Shown piece after piece: positions 38,494-52,800 of a stretch of DNA of 64,000 bases. The position numbers and the translations under genes are program-made. Location: the NCBI RefSeq assembly GCF_009914755.1, contig NC_060928.1; one strand, given 5' to 3'. The notes under the pieces were generated by a model that ran no database searches, had not been told where the DNA came from, and saw nothing but the letters and a program-made list of their open reading frames with translations. Position 1 is the first letter of the stretch; each line of letters begins with the position of its first letter. The DNA comes from the human T2T-CHM13v2.0 reference genome, Homo sapiens.

Positions 38494-39715
38494 TGTATTG
38501 CTTTCTGTTTTTGCTGTTACTGGTGGCGAATTTGTACAGGTCTGCAGCAACCTCAACTCTTGCCTCCTCAGAAGAAAGAATCCAACTGAGGGGAATGAGG
38601 CAGAAGAAGAGATTGAGGCAAGTTTTGGAGCAGGAGGGAACATTCATTAAAAAGCTTTAGGGCAGGAATGAAAAGAAAGTAAAGTAAATTTGGAAGAGGG
38701 CCGAGTGGGTGACTTGAGATCAAGTGTGGGGTTTAACCTTTCTACTCAGGGTTAAACCTGAGTAACCTGAGTATAAATATGTTGGCATATTGCAGGTTCT
38801 TGGGTTTCTTTCTTCTCTGATTCTTCCCTTGCAGTGGGCTGTCTGCATGCACAGTTGCCTGTGGGCACTTGGGAGGGGAGCATGCACAGTATGTTTACTG
38901 GAGTTGTATGCATGCTCACTTGGCACGCACAGTGTGTTTCCTGGAGCTGTGAGCATGTTCACTTAAGGCGTTCTTCCCTTACCAGCCGAATGGCCCTAGG
39001 ATGCCCTATACCAGTTAAACTCTGCCATTTTGCGTCTTAGTGCACATGTGTGAGTCCACTCACCCAGGTCCTGAGATCTTATCAAGAGGCTGCTGATCAC
39101 CAGCTTCGGGTGTTTCTGTTTATTAGGAGATTGCCTTTCCCTGGCACTGGCTGTGACTTAGAGAGAGAGTTAACAACCGCCTGCCCATCACCTGATGGTT
39201 ATCTGACATTCCTGGTGTGGGGCGGGGGGGCAGTCGGAGGGGGAGCCCCCTCCTGCTCTGCTCATGTCTGTCTAGCTACCTACTCTAACAGTGCTGTAAC
39301 ACATTATCAGAAGTTTAGTGGTGTAAAATGACACAAATTTATTATCTTTTGGTAGTAGAGGTCAGAAATTCCCAAGGCAAGTTGTTGGCAGAAACAGAGG
39401 CCTTCTTGAGGCTGCGAGGGAGAATCAGGTTCCTTGCCTTTTCCATCTTCTAAAGGCTACCTGCCTTCCATGGCTTATGGCCCTCCAACCTCAGCCACTA
39501 TCATCAATATTTCTCTCACTCTGATCTTTCCACCTCTTTCTTAGGAGGATGCTTGTGGTTACATTGGGCCCACCTGGATAATCCAGAATATTCTTCCCAT
39601 AGCAACATTCTTAATTTATTCATATCTACATGGTGTGTTGCCATGTTAGGTATATTCACAGGTTTCTGGAATGAGGACATGGTATCTGTGGGGGACCATT
39701 ATTCTGTCTACTACA
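38494..39715 (-). mobile_element. MLT1 (C/D-like) LTR interrupted near one end by a MER50-like LTR
   Basis: 'tgtattgctttctgtttttgc' [insert] 'gtgctgtaacacattatcagaagtttagtgg...ccattattctgtctactaca'. Confidence 0.75.
38515..39290 (-). mobile_element. ERV1 solo LTR, MER50-like
   Basis: Reverse complement begins TGTTAGAGTAGGTAGCTAGACAGACATGAGCAG. TG...CA termini, 4-bp flanks ttgc/gtgc. Confidence 0.8.
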
Positions 39716-40005
39716 CACTCCACACTTCATCTCTGCATCTACTTCTGGGAAACAGAGCACATGCCAACAATCTAAAATGAAATATACACAAATGCATATA
39801 AAGTATAATATATTAACATATAATTAGAATATATTTACTAAGAAGATTTGTGAAGACCCTTTGGTCATAGGTACGTGGAGGATATTCATATTTGTATAAA
39901 AATTGCTCAGTTTGGCAAGATAATTCTGAGAAGGTTACAGGATATTTACATTGCTGTGACCACAGATGTATTGCAAAACAGAAAAACTATAAGAAATCAA
40001 AGATA

Positions 40006-40627
<622 letters not shown>

Positions 40628-41607
40628 TCACCTCTTCTATCTGATAATAAGATACTCTTCAGGACTTAAAACAAACACAGCATCTACCGATGTGCTGTCT
40701 ACTACTGTGTACATTGTTTGGGGTCGCTAGTATTCTGCCAGCCTGTCCCTTTGATTACACTCCCTGATACCTGCTGCCACCTAGAGTGGAACCTATAAAA
40801 GAGGTTGGTGTTAGTGAATGAAGAGTTGAAGAACCTAGGGGCATTGATTAATTCGAATGTGGGAACTAGACACTTGGGTAGACACGTATTTGGGTTATCA
40901 TGACGAATTTGAAAGATATCATCCCCAAATCTGGGATCTTCTCACAATTGCAAATAATACCAAAATTGGTTAGTTATTAGAGTCTTCAATTGTGAAAAGG
41001 AAGTAGGAAGAAGAGAGACAAGTCAAAATGCAAATTAGGTAGAGTTAAAAGGTGAAAACTGAATTGAGATGAAATAAGAAAGTATATTTTATATAAGATT
41101 ATTTTATAATATTTTACTTTCTTTCATTAGCTCTAATTTTTATTATTTTCCATGTCTATACTTTCTTTCTTCTTTCCTTTAACCTATTAATATACATTAA
41201 ACTTTATTTAACAGGCAATTCCAAGTACAAATGGAAGATCAATGAGGACAAAGAGAAAAAATAAAAAGGAGAATGGAAACCAAACTGTATTTATTAGAGT
41301 ATCACTGGCAAGGCTCCTTGCATTTCTCAAGAATACCCTGGCCTCTGCTAGCCTAATACAACCACCTTAGTCTTCCAAGTCCCAAACATTGTATGTCCTG
41401 GGGTCAGTGACAGGACCTACTTTTAAGTACATTGACATGGGAATGACCATTCATCTCTCTTGGGGAAATAACTAAAAGATATTTTATTACTGGTATTCCT
41501 AGGTGAAATGTGGAATAAAATATATCTTATATAAATATCTAAATACATTTAGAAATTATCTTTTTAAAAAGGAAATACATAAAACAGCATCTCTTCAAGA
41601 GAAACCA

Positions 41608-41921
41608 GGCTGGACACAGTGGCTCATGCCTGTAATCCCAACACTTTGGGAGGCAGAAAGGGCAGATCACCTGAGGTCAGGAGTTTGAGACCAGCCTGGC
41701 CAACATGGTGAAACCACATCTCTACTAAAAATAAAAAAATTAGCCAGGCAGAGTGGCAGATGACTGTATTCCCAGCTACTCAGGAGGTTGAGACAAGAGA
41801 ATTGACTGAACCCTGGAGGCCAAGGTTGCAATGAGCCAAGATCACGCCATTGCACTCCAGCCTGGGTGACAAGTGTGAAACTCCATCTCAAAAAAAAAAA
41901 AAAAAAAAAAAAAGAGAAAGG
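41608..41921 (+). mobile_element. AluS (Sq/Sp-like)
   Basis: Full dimer, 'gggtgacaagtgtgaaactcc', long A tail. TSD agagaaacca (41598-41607 / 41922-41931). Confidence 0.93.
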
Positions 41922-43450
41922 AGAGAAACCAATGATTTTCTAATAATAAAGACCTTAAAAAGGAAATATGAATACATACATTCTTATATAAATACAGATA
42001 AGTAGATGGCTTACCAGTAGGCTTATCAAATTATTCAGTTACCTTTGAACAGATGAGACTCCTTACTGTTTTTAAAATTTATTTTTTAAAAGCGTAATGT
42101 GAATTAAAAGTAGAAAACTCAAATTACAAAAAGATACTCATAGTTTTTTTTAAAGTTGTGTCAATAATAACAAATATCTTTGGGGTTCAACTCAATAAAA
42201 AAATTTCACACACCAGCAGACACACACACAAAGATATTGAGTACAGGGTGCACTTTAATCAAAATCAGTGAACTTGAAAAATTGAAAAAGCTGGAAAGCA
42301 TCATCATCATCATCAAAGAAAGTCTCAGCAAAGAAATAAAAGATATGAAGAAGAATCGAATGAAAAATTTAAAACTGAAAAATATAATAACTAAACTAAA
42401 AGTTTAAGTGGATGGACTCAGCAGCAGAATCCAGGAAGAAAAGAAAAAAAAAATCAATGAAATGAAAGTTAGAATGATAGAAATTGCCTACTATAAAGAA
42501 CAGAGAGAAATGGACACTGAAAAAATAAAAACCGAACATCAGTGAGTGGGACAATAAACGCCCTGGACAAAAAAAGATCTAATATATATGTCATCATAAT
42601 TCTAGGAGAAGACAGAGGGTGGAGCTGAAAAGTATTTGAATAAATAATGGCTGAAAACTTCCAACACTTAGCAATAGACACATACCCAGAGACTGAAGAA
42701 GCTAAGCAACCCAGAACAGGATACACCCAAGAAATTCATACCACAATACATTATAACTAAAATTCTAAAAACTAAAGGTAACAAAAAAAAATCTTGAGAG
42801 CCACCAGAGAAGAACAACAGCTTACTTACTGGGAAAAAATAAATTTAAATGACAGTGAATTTTTTTTTATCAGAAACCATACATACCAGAAAGAAGTAAC
42901 ACAGTACTTTTTAAATACTGAAAGAAAATAAACATAAATCCAGAATTCTAAAGTCAGTGAAGATACTCACTAGGTATAAAGAGTTACTAAAGACATTCTC
43001 AAATGAAGGACACATAAGACAATTTGTCACTAGTAGGCATACCCTAAAAAAATGACAAAAGGACATTTATAAACTGAAAGGAAATAATTTACAAAAAGAT
43101 TTTTAAATCTTCAGGAAGAAAGAACACACTAAGCAAAAATATGAGCTTATATATTATGTTTTTGTTCTCTTTCATTTTAAAATTTAACTACTGAAGCAAA
43201 AAATATGAAACTGTCTGATGGGTTTTGAAAGGTATGTAGAGGAAAATTGTTAAGTAATTAGACTATAAATAAAGCAGAGTACATTTAAAAGAAGGTAAAG
43301 TTTCTACACTTCTTTCAAACTGGTGAAATAAACATGAGTGGACCGAAATAAGTTACTTATACATAATGTAATATCTAGAGCAAACAGCAAAACAAGCTAT
43401 ACGAAGAATTACAATCAAACATATTTTAAGTTTTAAAAAATGAAATTTTA

Positions 43451-43795
<345 letters not shown>

Positions 43796-44292
43796 TCAGA
43801 GAAATGAAGCAAAGAAACAAATGAAAAACATAGTAAAATAGCAGAATAGCAGACTTAAGCTCTAACAAATCATAATTACATTTCTGTTAATCGTCAGTTG
43901 TTGGCAGAGTGAGTTACTACATACATCTTCTCTATGCAGTGCATGACAAACTCACTTCAAATATAATGCTATAGGCAGATTCAAAGAAAAAAGGTATAAA
44001 AAGATATATCATGATAATTTTAATCAAAGAAAAATAAGAGTGGCTGCTTTAATAGTAGAGAAAGGAAACCTCATCGGAAAAAATTTAATAGAGAAAGGAA
44101 GGGGCATTGGGATGGTTAATTTCATGTGTCAACTTGACTGGGTCACAAGATTCCCAAATATTTGGTTAAGCATTATTTCTGGGTGTATCTGTGAGGGTGT
44201 TCCTGGAAGAAATTAGCATTTAAATAATAGACTGAGTAAAGCAGATTGCCCTCACCAATATGGGTGGGCAGCATCCAATCCCTTGAGGGCCT

Positions 44293-44934
44293 TGTCTTAG
44301 CCCATTTTGTGTTGTGATAACACAATACCTGAGACTGGGTAATTCATAAAGAAAAGAGGCCTGTTTAGTTCTGCAGGCTGGGAAGCTCAAGGGCATGGCA
44401 CTGTCACCTGGGAAGGTCCTTTGTTTTTTATTTTTATTTTTATTTATTTATTTATTTTTATAAACGGGTCTTGCTCTGTCACCCAGGCTGGAGTGCAGTG
44501 GTGTGCAATGATAGCTTACCACAGCCTTGAATTCCTGGGCTCAAGGGATCCTCTTTCCTTAGCCTCCTGAGTAGCTGGAACTACAGTAGCTCATCACCAT
44601 GCCCAGCTAGGCAAGGGCTTTTGTGCTGTGTCATTACATGGCAGGTCAAAGGGGAAGTGGGCACAGGCAAATGGGGCAAACCTGAGGAAGAACCTTGATT
44701 TCTAATATCCTGCTCTTGGATTAACTAATATATTACTGTGAGAAATAATCCAGTCTCAGAGAGTGAGAACTCAAGACCTCAAGAACAACACCAAGCTGGC
44801 CATATAGGTGGAGTCGTCACATCTTGAATGCCTCCCATTAGGCCCCACCTCTTAAAGATTCCAGCTCCTGACATTGCTGGATTAGGAAATAAGATTTCAA
44901 TATGAGTTTCTGCAGGGACGCTCAAACCATAACA
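44293..44934 (-). mobile_element. MST-like MaLR LTR nested in MLT2
   Basis: 'tgtcttagcccattttgtgttg...ctcaaaccataaca'. TSD ggcct / ggctt. Confidence 0.8.
44423..44609 (-). mobile_element. Alu right monomer (FRAM or 5'-truncated AluJ) nested in MST
   Basis: Single antisense monomer with a (TTTA)n tail. Degenerate TSD gggaaggtccttt / ggcaagggctttt. Confidence 0.82.
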
Positions 44935-47747
44935 GGCTTGAATAAAACAAAAAGGGTAGACATTTATGTAATGTATGTAAATTTCCTATTGGTTCTGTTT
45001 CTCTGGAGAACCCTAATACAGGCATTGTATAATAAAAAGGATTAAAACAAAAAGAAAATATAGTAATCCTAACTGTCTATGTACCAAACCAAACAACAAA
45101 GAAAACCTGTTAAGCAAAAACTGATAGAACTAAAAGTAAAAACAGACAAATCCACATTTATAGTAGACAACACAACATTATATCTCAACAATTGATAGAA
45201 CAATTAGCTATAAAATCAGAAAAATTTAACAGAATTCATCAACACCATCTAATTAAGATTTAGAATATACTTCACCCAAACATAGCTGAACATACAGTCT
45301 TTCCAAGTGCTAAAAGTAATTAAGATAGACCATATCTTGTGCAATAACACAAGACTTAACACACACTTAACAACAACAACAAATCACGCATAGTGTGTTC
45401 TCCAAATACAATGAAATCAAACTAGAGATCAGTAAGAAAAAGATAACATGAAAACTTCCAAACACTTGGAAACTAAACAATGTGCTTCTTAATCCATGAG
45501 TCAAGAAGGAAGGCTCAAGGAAATTTTAAAAAAAAAGTTAAATTGAGTGAAAATGAAAATGCCACATACCAAAATGTGTTTGGCACAGCTTAAGTATTAC
45601 TGATAGGAAAATTAATAGCTCTAAATTCATATTTTAGAAAAGAGAAAAAGTATCAAATCAATAATTTAAACTCCCCCTAAAGGACTTAGGAAATGAAGAG
45701 GGAAGTAAATCTAAAGCAAGAATAAGAAAGAAAATAATAAAGATAAGAGCAAAAACCAATAAATCATATAACAGGAAGATAAAAAGAATAAAGGAAACAA
45801 ATAACTGATTCTTCGTAAAGACAAATGTGTTTGCAGACCTCTTGCAAGACTTATAAAGAAATTTAAAGCGAGAGAAAGCAAAATTACAAACACTGGAAAT
45901 AAAACAGAGTGTATTACTAAGGAACTTTTAGATATCAAAAGATTGTTGCATACTAGAAACAATTTTATAGACATACATTTGACAACTTTGACAAAATGGA
46001 TATAATCCTAAAAAGATGAAAGCAATTGCAACTCACCTGACATGAAATAGATGGCTGGAATAACCCTGTAACTATTATAAAATATGTTTGTAATTAAATA
46101 AGGCAAATAATGAAATCTCTAGGCGCAGATGGAGATTCCCTTGCAGTTCTACCAAATATTTAAAGTAGAAATAACACCAATTTTTAACAATCTCTTTCAT
46201 AAATGAGAAGTTATACTTTACAATTTATTTTATGAATCTATTATTAATTTTATGTCAAAATCAGAAAAAAGACTGGGCTAAAAGAAAATGATATATGTGA
46301 AAATATAAATATATAAATATGAATATGAAAACTGAAAACTCTAATAAAATGTTGGCAAATATATTTCAGAAATATAAAGAAAGGATTATACACTACAATC
46401 AAGTGAAATTTATTTCTATGATTCCAACTTATTTAATATTTGAAAATGAATCAATGTAATCTACCATATTAACAGACTAAAGAAAAAGAAAACACATGAT
46501 CATATCAACTGATGCAGAAAAGCATTTGCCAAAATTCAACTGCCTTTCATGAATAAAACAACACCAACGACAACAAAAAACACCTCTCAGAGAACAAGAA
46601 TAGAAAGGAAGTTCCTTACCTTGACCCAAAATATTAAAAATCTGCAGCCAACATCATTCTTAATGGTGATACTAAACACTTTTTCCTTATGCTGGGGAGC
46701 AAGTCAAGGATGTCACCCCTTATCACTTATTCAAAATAATGTTGGAAGTTCTAGCCAGTGGAATAAGGCAAAAAAAAAAAAAAATAGAAATAAACGACAT
46801 TTTACTAGGAAAGGAAGGAATTAAACTTTCTCTATTTGCAGATAACATGATCTTATACATAGAAAATAGCAAATAATCATCCTTCACCCCCCCAAAAAAA
46901 AGAAAAATTGACTGCTAGAGTCTGAGTTAGCAAGCTCATAGGATACCACATAAGCATACAAATATCAACTGTATTTTTATATCTAATAATGAATTTGTGC
47001 ATGCCAAAATTAAAAATACAGTGTGATTAAAATTTCTCAATAAATGAAGGAAACTCAAAGTACTGATAAAGGAAATCAAAGAAGATATATATGAATGGAG
47101 AAACATACCATGTTTATCAATTGAAAAACTAAATACATTAATGATGTCAATTCTTCTCATATCTAATACACTATATATATATGTGTGTGTATAGAAGAAT
47201 AGAATCTAGAGCTAAGCAAAAAGCTCTTAAACTTGACATCAAATATATTACCCATAAAGAAAAAAACTGATGAGTTGGATTTCAATAAAATTACTATAAA
47301 AGAACATTTAAGGAGGATGAAAAGGTAGCTATAGTTTGAGCAGAAAATGTTTACACATAGCATAACTGACAAAGGACTACTATCTAGAAAATAACCGCTA
47401 AAATCAGAGATATAACCCCTAAAAACAAGAGCACGTTGGAGAATACTTCAGGAACATAAGGGTTCACATTTATAATCATGTGACTACCGTGTATCAGTAA
47501 GTCTAGCAGACCTAGCACTGTTAACCTGGAAAATAGGTTATCAACCTTGAAGACCGAGGGAGGGTACAGGAATAGGTTCAGTACACCATATACAGCTTCT
47601 TTACGTTTTCTGGGCAAGTGTGCAGAAACATGCCCTAGCAGGCACAACACTATTAAATAGCGGAATACGTAATAAACAATATCTTAATGAGGTAGGTTAG
47701 GAAGTATGATTTGGTTAAATTGTATATCCCACTCAATTTTACAAACA

Positions 47748-48358
47748 TGTTTTCATTTCCTATTTCTGAGTAACAGATGACTACAAATGCAGAGGTTGAA
47801 AACAATGTAAATTTTTTAGCTCACCGCTCTGTAGCTGGGAGGTCAGATTGACTCAGCTGATTTCTCTGCTCCAGGTTTCACGAGGTCGTCATTGAGATGT
47901 TAACCAGCTGGGTACTTGCCAGGAGACTCTGGGAAGAATCAGCTTCCAAGCTGATTTAAGTTGTTGGCAGGATCCACTGCTTTTTAGTTGTCATTCTGAG
48001 GTCCCTGTTTCCTTGCTGGCTGTGAGCTGGGGGCAGCCTTTAACTCCTAGAGCCTATGTCTGGTCTGTCATGTTGAGCCCTGCTTTTCAGAGCCAGCAAC
48101 AGCTTGCTCAGTTCTTCTCGATCTTGGCATTTCTCTAGCTACCTTTTAACTGGATATCTCTGAGTCCCGCCTGAGAAAGTTCTCTGTGTTTAAGGGCTCA
48201 TGTGGTCAGAATGGGCCAGGACAACCTTATTTCAAGGCCACAACCTTAATTTCTTCTACAAAGTTCATTTTGTCATGGAAAGGAACATATTCAAATGTTC
48301 CAGTGATTATGGCAGAAGCATTTTTGAGGAGCGGGGGCACACAATTCTCTTAACTGCA
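47748..48358 (-). mobile_element. MLT1-type LTR
   Basis: 'ggagactctgggaagaatcagcttccaagctgatttaagttgttggcaggatcc' is typical MLT1 text. Confidence 0.75.
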
Positions 48359-48379
48359 GGGTACTGTGTGTATATTGTG

Positions 48380-48540
48380 ATTTTAGAAAAACAATCTTAA
48401 ATACTGAGTTCATCGAGGTTGCAACATACAAGCCATGATGCCTTTGAAGTGTTCATTTAACCTTACTAAGCCTCAGTTTCCTCATTCATAAAATAAAGAT
48501 GTTAATATAAACTTCATGAGATTACTGTAAGGAGTGTTAA
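48380..48540. mobile_element. MIR fragment
   Basis: MIR core 'taagcctcagtttcctcattcataaaataaagat'. Confidence 0.7.
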
Positions 48541-49222
48541 AAATTATACCCAAAAATATGAAAAAGAGAAAATGATACTTTGAAATTTTTTTAGGAATTT
48601 CCTATACAAAGATATGAAAGTATAAAGACCCATGAAAAACAAAGGCAAACATTTTCAACCTCCATTCATAAAAGATGAATGTTTGATTAAAAAAGAGGCA
48701 AAACAAATTGATGAGAGAAAAACATGGCAGACATGAATAGATAAATGGAAAGAGGTTACAGCAGATAATTTCCTCTAGACTAGAATCTAACGACCAATAT
48801 AAATACAGAAAAAATGTTCAACCTTACAAAAGTAATTAAATAAATGCAAATTAAGAGGAAATCCAATTTGTTAAATTAATGAAGGCAGATTAGAAAGTTG
48901 ATTTAAAAACTCACAGACATATTGGGAAAACATATTTATTATTGTCATTTATCTGATGAAATGGACATCCCCAAACAAATGCTCATCATCAATTTGTAAC
49001 ACTCTTATTCTCAAAATGAATTTGAGAAACTTTATAAAAACCCACAAATATTTATATCCTTTAGAATAATAGATATACTTCTAGGAATCTTAATTAAATA
49101 ACATAACTCTAGTAGAGATTTATCTGTAAATACTTTAATCACAGTGCTACTTATAATAATAAGAGCTAATATATATTGAGTGTTTAATATGGACAAGGCT
49201 CTAATATAAACTTTAATATATT

Positions 49223-49642
49223 TATGGTAAAGACTGTTATTGCTCATCAAGTATTCCATGTGCGCCCCTCTGTTATCTAGCCTTCAAACCATTTACACCG
49301 GGGCCATGTTACTGTTTTTGATTAATAGACTGTGGAAAGTTCTGATGTGGGTTGCTTCTGGGCTAGGGCCATTATAAACCAGTGTGCCTTGTCCATTCCT
49401 CTTTTTCCTGGCTGAGAGGACCTTGAAAGCCATGTAAACACGTGGTTTGTGATGACATAGAAGCATTACAAAATGAAAAGAGCCTGGTTTCCTGAAGTAA
49501 CAGAGGACATTCCCAGTGAAACACGTCAAATTCGATGTGAATGAGAAATAAATGTTTCTTTTCCAGCCAAGCCACTGCAATTTGGATCTGTATTTTATTC
49601 TACTATAATCTTGCCAGACAGGACAATATATTAACTCATACA
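49223..49642 (+). mobile_element. Ancient MLT1 (I/J-like) LTR inside a MIR
   Basis: 'gtgaatgagaaataaatgtttc...aagccactgcaatttgg...taactcataca', with MIR-like text on both sides. Confidence 0.6.
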
Positions 49643-49800
49643 ATGTGTTTAAAAAAAAAAAACTCTAAAAGGTAGGTACAATTATTTCTTCAGGTTACAT
49701 TTTAGGAAATTAAGATAAAGTATAGGTAAGACAAAAACGGTCAAGTTCACAGAAACAGTGGGGAAACTGTATCCAAGGAGTTAGCTTCTGAGTCACCTTT

Positions 49801-49860
49801 TCTTTTTGGAGATGGAGTCTTGCTATGTCACCCAGGCTGGAGTACAGTGGCGCGATCTCA
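49801..49860 (-). mobile_element. Severely 5'-truncated Alu (60 bp)
   Basis: Only the Alu 3' terminus and tail are present. 13-bp TSD ctgagTcaccttt (49788-49800) / ctgagCcaccttt (49861-49873). Confidence 0.85.
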
Positions 49861-52800
49861 CTGAGCCACCTTTCTTAGCTATCATAACAAAAATTACAGA
49901 AAACAATTCTAGCTCAATGAATGGAAAAATCAATATATAATCAATGTCTGATCCATATGCTAGAATCTTACGTGATCACTAGAATAATGTCTCTAATTTG
50001 CTTTTGATGAACTTCCAAAAAATGCTTAAACCCTAATTTAATTCAGAAGTCATATGTACACTATATAACATTTTGTAAACTGTGGCTAAAACCAGTTCCA
50101 GGTCTAATAAAAAATTATACTATTAAACCTGAAACTCTCCTGCTACAAATACCCAGAAAAGAGAAAGATGATATATAGTAAACATTATTTTAAATGAGTA
50201 GCTGAGCTTGCAAGAGAGAAAAATCACCAACTACTAGAAATAAAGTAGGAGCTGATAATCAGTAAAGTAAGACCATAAGAAGGTGTTGTTGCTGTCAGGT
50301 AGATGGTTAGTCACCAAGGGCCTTTGGATCTAATGTCCACACAAGGAAAAGGGAAGAGGATATGGGTCTACAAGTCAGGCAGTATGAACTGACAGATGCC
50401 ACCTCAGCCAGGACCCAAGGGGGTCCTGGAACCATGCACACTGAGGGATGACTGTAAACTAAAGAGTTGGACCAAAAGAAAAGGAGGATAACGGCTTATT
50501 TTTGTTTGATGTGATAAACTATATGATTTCTCAGGTTCAACAAGCTCAATGTAGCCTTAGCAAGACAAAAACTCCATATCAACCCCTAGATAAAACTCAT
50601 CATTACAAAACACCATGCAAAAAATTAACAGTTAAGGAAGTGTAATTGCACTAACAAACTTCTTAATAAGGCAAGCTGAGGAAATTCTGGAATAAAATGT
50701 CTCAACATAGAATTCTATGAACATATCTAAACTAAAATTCAAGTGAATGGCTTAAAAAGGGAAAAAAGAAAGATAATTTGCCACTCACAGAGCATCATCA
50801 GGGAACTACCAGTTAAAATAAACTTCAGAAATGGGAAATTGAAGCAAAAAAAAAAAAATAGATTGAATTCAAGAGGTCAAGAGGTAGTTGTGAGTAAAGA
50901 AACTGATATATTTTAGGCCAGAGCTAATGACTGTATAAACACCATCATATTAATAGTGACTCATTTACAGGGCATAAAAACATGGAGATATAAAATACTA
51001 TAGAACAGCAACAGGCAGGAAATGGGGATGAAATTATAGATGTTCAAGTTTATAAAAGCCTTTGCAGTTTTTTAAGGAGGATAGAAATATTATCAGCAAT
51101 AGATTTTGTTATTAAGTTAATTACCATTTAGGATCAGGATATTGAATGAGATAACAAAGTGTAGAGTCTGTGTTTTAAGCGTTTGTCATTGTAAGCAGCA
51201 AACTTTCCTATGGGAAAATCAGTGATGCACAGAGTTGCTACTTGATTGACTCACAGCTTCCCCACAGGAAGTTGAGAGTGAGGCAGGAACTGTTCCTCTT
51301 CATTCTCTCTCTTCCAGCACATTCTCTTTCTTCCATTCCCTCTCTTCCAGTCCATGGGATGGGTTCTGAGAGCAGTATTAGATGGACGTACTGCCAGTTA
51401 GAGAGAACACTGCTGTATCAGAGGAAAGAGGCCTGGGATATTTTCATGAAAGCCTGTCATGACTGAGGGCACTTCTAGTTAAAGAGGAACTATAAACACT
51501 TCTGGTTAAACAGAGCTATTTTTTTTTTGTCCTTATCTCTCATGCCCTGATTTGAGGGAGTCAAATCAAAGATGGAGAAGAAGGAGGACACTGAGGAAGG
51601 GCCGTTGACTGTAATAAATCCCAACCCCATTGTTGATTCCTAAGACCAGTTAGTAGAGAATGATAGGATTTTATGTGAGATCAAAGTTTTAACTTCTAGT
51701 GGCTGTAGTTTTAACTTTTGAAAGTGAATTTTCACTCTCCAAGAGATCTAAATGAAATTTATAAGAAAATTGTGGGTTCTGCCCAAGATGACATCTAAAT
51801 TGAAGAAGGTACACAGTGAGTTTAAAGGATCAACGAGAGAAACTTTTATTATTCATTTGCACAAGAAGACACATTCAGTATCTGGATTATCCAATATATG
51901 GAATACTTTGAGTTGAAATGATTAAAGGGTAATCTAATCATTAATTAACAAATCATTAATTAAACAAAATAATATTTAGCAAATTAAGCAAGTGCTAAAG
52001 GATACATGCAAACTATAATTAATATAAAAGTTTACACACAAAATGTTTATATGTGTATTATATATATAATTCTTGGTAATGTTCAAAAATATATTACTAT
52101 GTGTGCTAAAAGTTCAACTTTAAAAATTTATTCATATTGCTTCTTCTGCATCATTTTATTCAGTAGTAGTGTTTATTAGTGGTAGTAGTGTTATGAAGGA
52201 TGTTAATATTCACAAAAAACAAGTAATAGTAATTTAATATATGTGGTTTCACAGTACAAAGAATATTAAAATTCTTGGTAGTGATTTAAGTATAGTTCTG
52301 CCTAATGATATTAGAAAACTTCTTAATTCTTCCTACATCATGAGATGGGCTTTGTAGTCTAATGCATTTTTAATAAGAGAACAGTGCATTCATCTATGGC
52401 CCATTCCTTTATGCTTAAAAGAAGATGGCAATGGTTATATGCCATTAATTTAAGTATTTATCAATGGAGTGAATGTAATTTCCCTAAAGTATTACTTATT
52501 TACCCTTAACATTGTTAAAATCAGTGTTATATATATTTATAATCTTATTATCCAATGGAACTTGTTGATAATAAAACCCACTCATACAAATCACATAAAA
52601 TCCAAAAGGCATGTTAAGATGCTGGATTTTTTGACATCAATCATAAGGCTTGATATTTTTCTAAGTTTTAATATGTTCTGGAAATTAAATTATCAAAGTT
52701 TTTAGATGACAATTTCGTTTACTTTCACATTGTGGAAATTGATTTCTATTCTTACAGCTTTAAAATAAGCTCACATTATTAAGGTAGGTTAGATGGAGTA

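Larger units (their letters stand above)
44108..45020 (+). mobile_element. MLT2 (ERVL) solo LTR, interrupted
   Basis: 'tgggatggttaatttcatgtgtcaacttgactgg...ctctggagaaccctaataca'. Perfect TSD GGCAT (44103-44107 / 45021-45025). Confidence 0.9.

Noticed and set aside
47384-47650. 88-aa minus-strand ORF with a hydrophobic C-terminus
   Set aside because: Non-ATG start, no recognisable family, and the hydrophobic tail overlaps antisense L1 sequence.
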